From contig MU271365.1 of the NCBI GenBank assembly GCA_021432655.1, positions 62,001 to 82,021 of the forward strand: a DNA stretch of 20,021 bases, in the 5' to 3' direction. The translations under genes were made by a program, and so were the position numbers. The notes under the pieces are model-generated. The model did no database searches, was not told where the DNA came from, and was given only the letters and a program-made list of their open reading frames with translations. The stretch is from Atractiella rhizophila. Lineage: Eukaryota. Position 1 is the stretch's first letter. Each line of letters begins with the position of its first letter. Of the stretch, positions 19,585-20,021 are shown in pieces.

Positions 19585-20021
19585 TTATGTCATCTCCACA
19601 TCCTTCGTGTCCTCCTCAGTGCACCACCTTTTACCCCATTTGGGGAAACACCTCTTATACAAGCTCAGACACACAGTGTCCATCTGATCCAGCGTTCCAT
19701 CAAAGCCAGCCTTGAAAAGCCCGTGCGTCCCTAGAGATTCCTTGATATGACCTGTCCTGCCATTCTTTGTCCTCAGCTGTATCGGCTTGAAGTAGTCGAT
19801 ATCAGGTTGATTGAAAAACATATACCGAATGGTAGCCGTTCTCTTGTGCACTTTGAAAGGGTAACCAGTCAATATCACTCGCTTCGCAATGATGCGTCCT
19901 GGTTCAGGGCCAAGAACGGTTCCTGTCCCTACAAGTGAGAAGACGCCTGTTGAGTCGTCCCGACGGAGAGTGATGGCTGGTGCATGCCCGAAGATCATTG
20001 GCAGGTAGGCTGTACCAACAG
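19585..20021 (-). CDS. TSR1: 40S ribosome biogenesis factor Tsr1 (Bms1/Tsr1 family), C-terminal part; gene continues beyond the window
   Basis: RIIAKRVILTGYPFKVHKRTATIRYMFFN...FKPIQLRTKNGRTGHIKESLGTHGLFKAGFDG...DTVCLSLYKRCFPKW is the conserved Tsr1 C-terminus. Stop TAA at 19587-19585. Confidence 0.95.
   Translation of the reverse strand, partial: VGTAYLPMIFGHAPAITLRRDDSTGVFSLVGTGTVLGPEPGRIIAKRVILTGYPFKVHKRTATIRYMFFNQPDIDYFKPIQLRTKNGRTGHIKESLGTHGLFKAGFDGTLDQMDTVCLSLYKRCFPKWGKRWCTEEDTKDVEMT

Noticed and set aside
1..20021. Functional gene cluster or prokaryote-style system linking the genes
   Set aside because: The genes belong to unrelated processes (splicing, cell cycle, cell wall, zinc homeostasis, mitochondrial translation, ribosome biogenesis). 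No CRISPR array, tRNA or rRNA was recognised.

Overview
Intron-rich fungal genomic DNA, probably from a basidiomycete (inferred from short GT-AG introns with CTRAY-type branch sites and from the gene set). Gene order: CWC27 (+, 30-2311); an unrecognised acidic/low-complexity gene (-, ~2723-4085); a Csk1/Cak1-like CDK-activating-type kinase present twice (+, 4870-6326 and 8846-10302); a secreted RlpA/DPBB expansin-like gene present as a 5'-truncated copy (-, 6946-8018) and an intact copy (-, 10922-12120); an unexplained ~1.1 kb segment; a Zap1/ZafA-like C2H2 factor (-, 13444-15362); mitochondrial-type IleRS (-, 15589-19405); and the 3' end of TSR1 (-). The main unusual structure is a head-to-tail ~3.97 kb tandem duplication (4048-8017 / 8018-11999). 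It doubles only the kinase intact and fuses one gene's promoter and start codon out of frame to the signal-less expansin-like gene. The two units are a mosaic of long identical tracts and diverged patches, including one largely unalignable intron. Every coding difference I found is synonymous, even in the broken gene, which points to the units being two different alleles joined together, either biologically or by the assembler. I found no RNA genes, CRISPR arrays or recognisable transposons, and I cannot support a claim of a wholly new multi-gene system. All gene models were spliced by eye.
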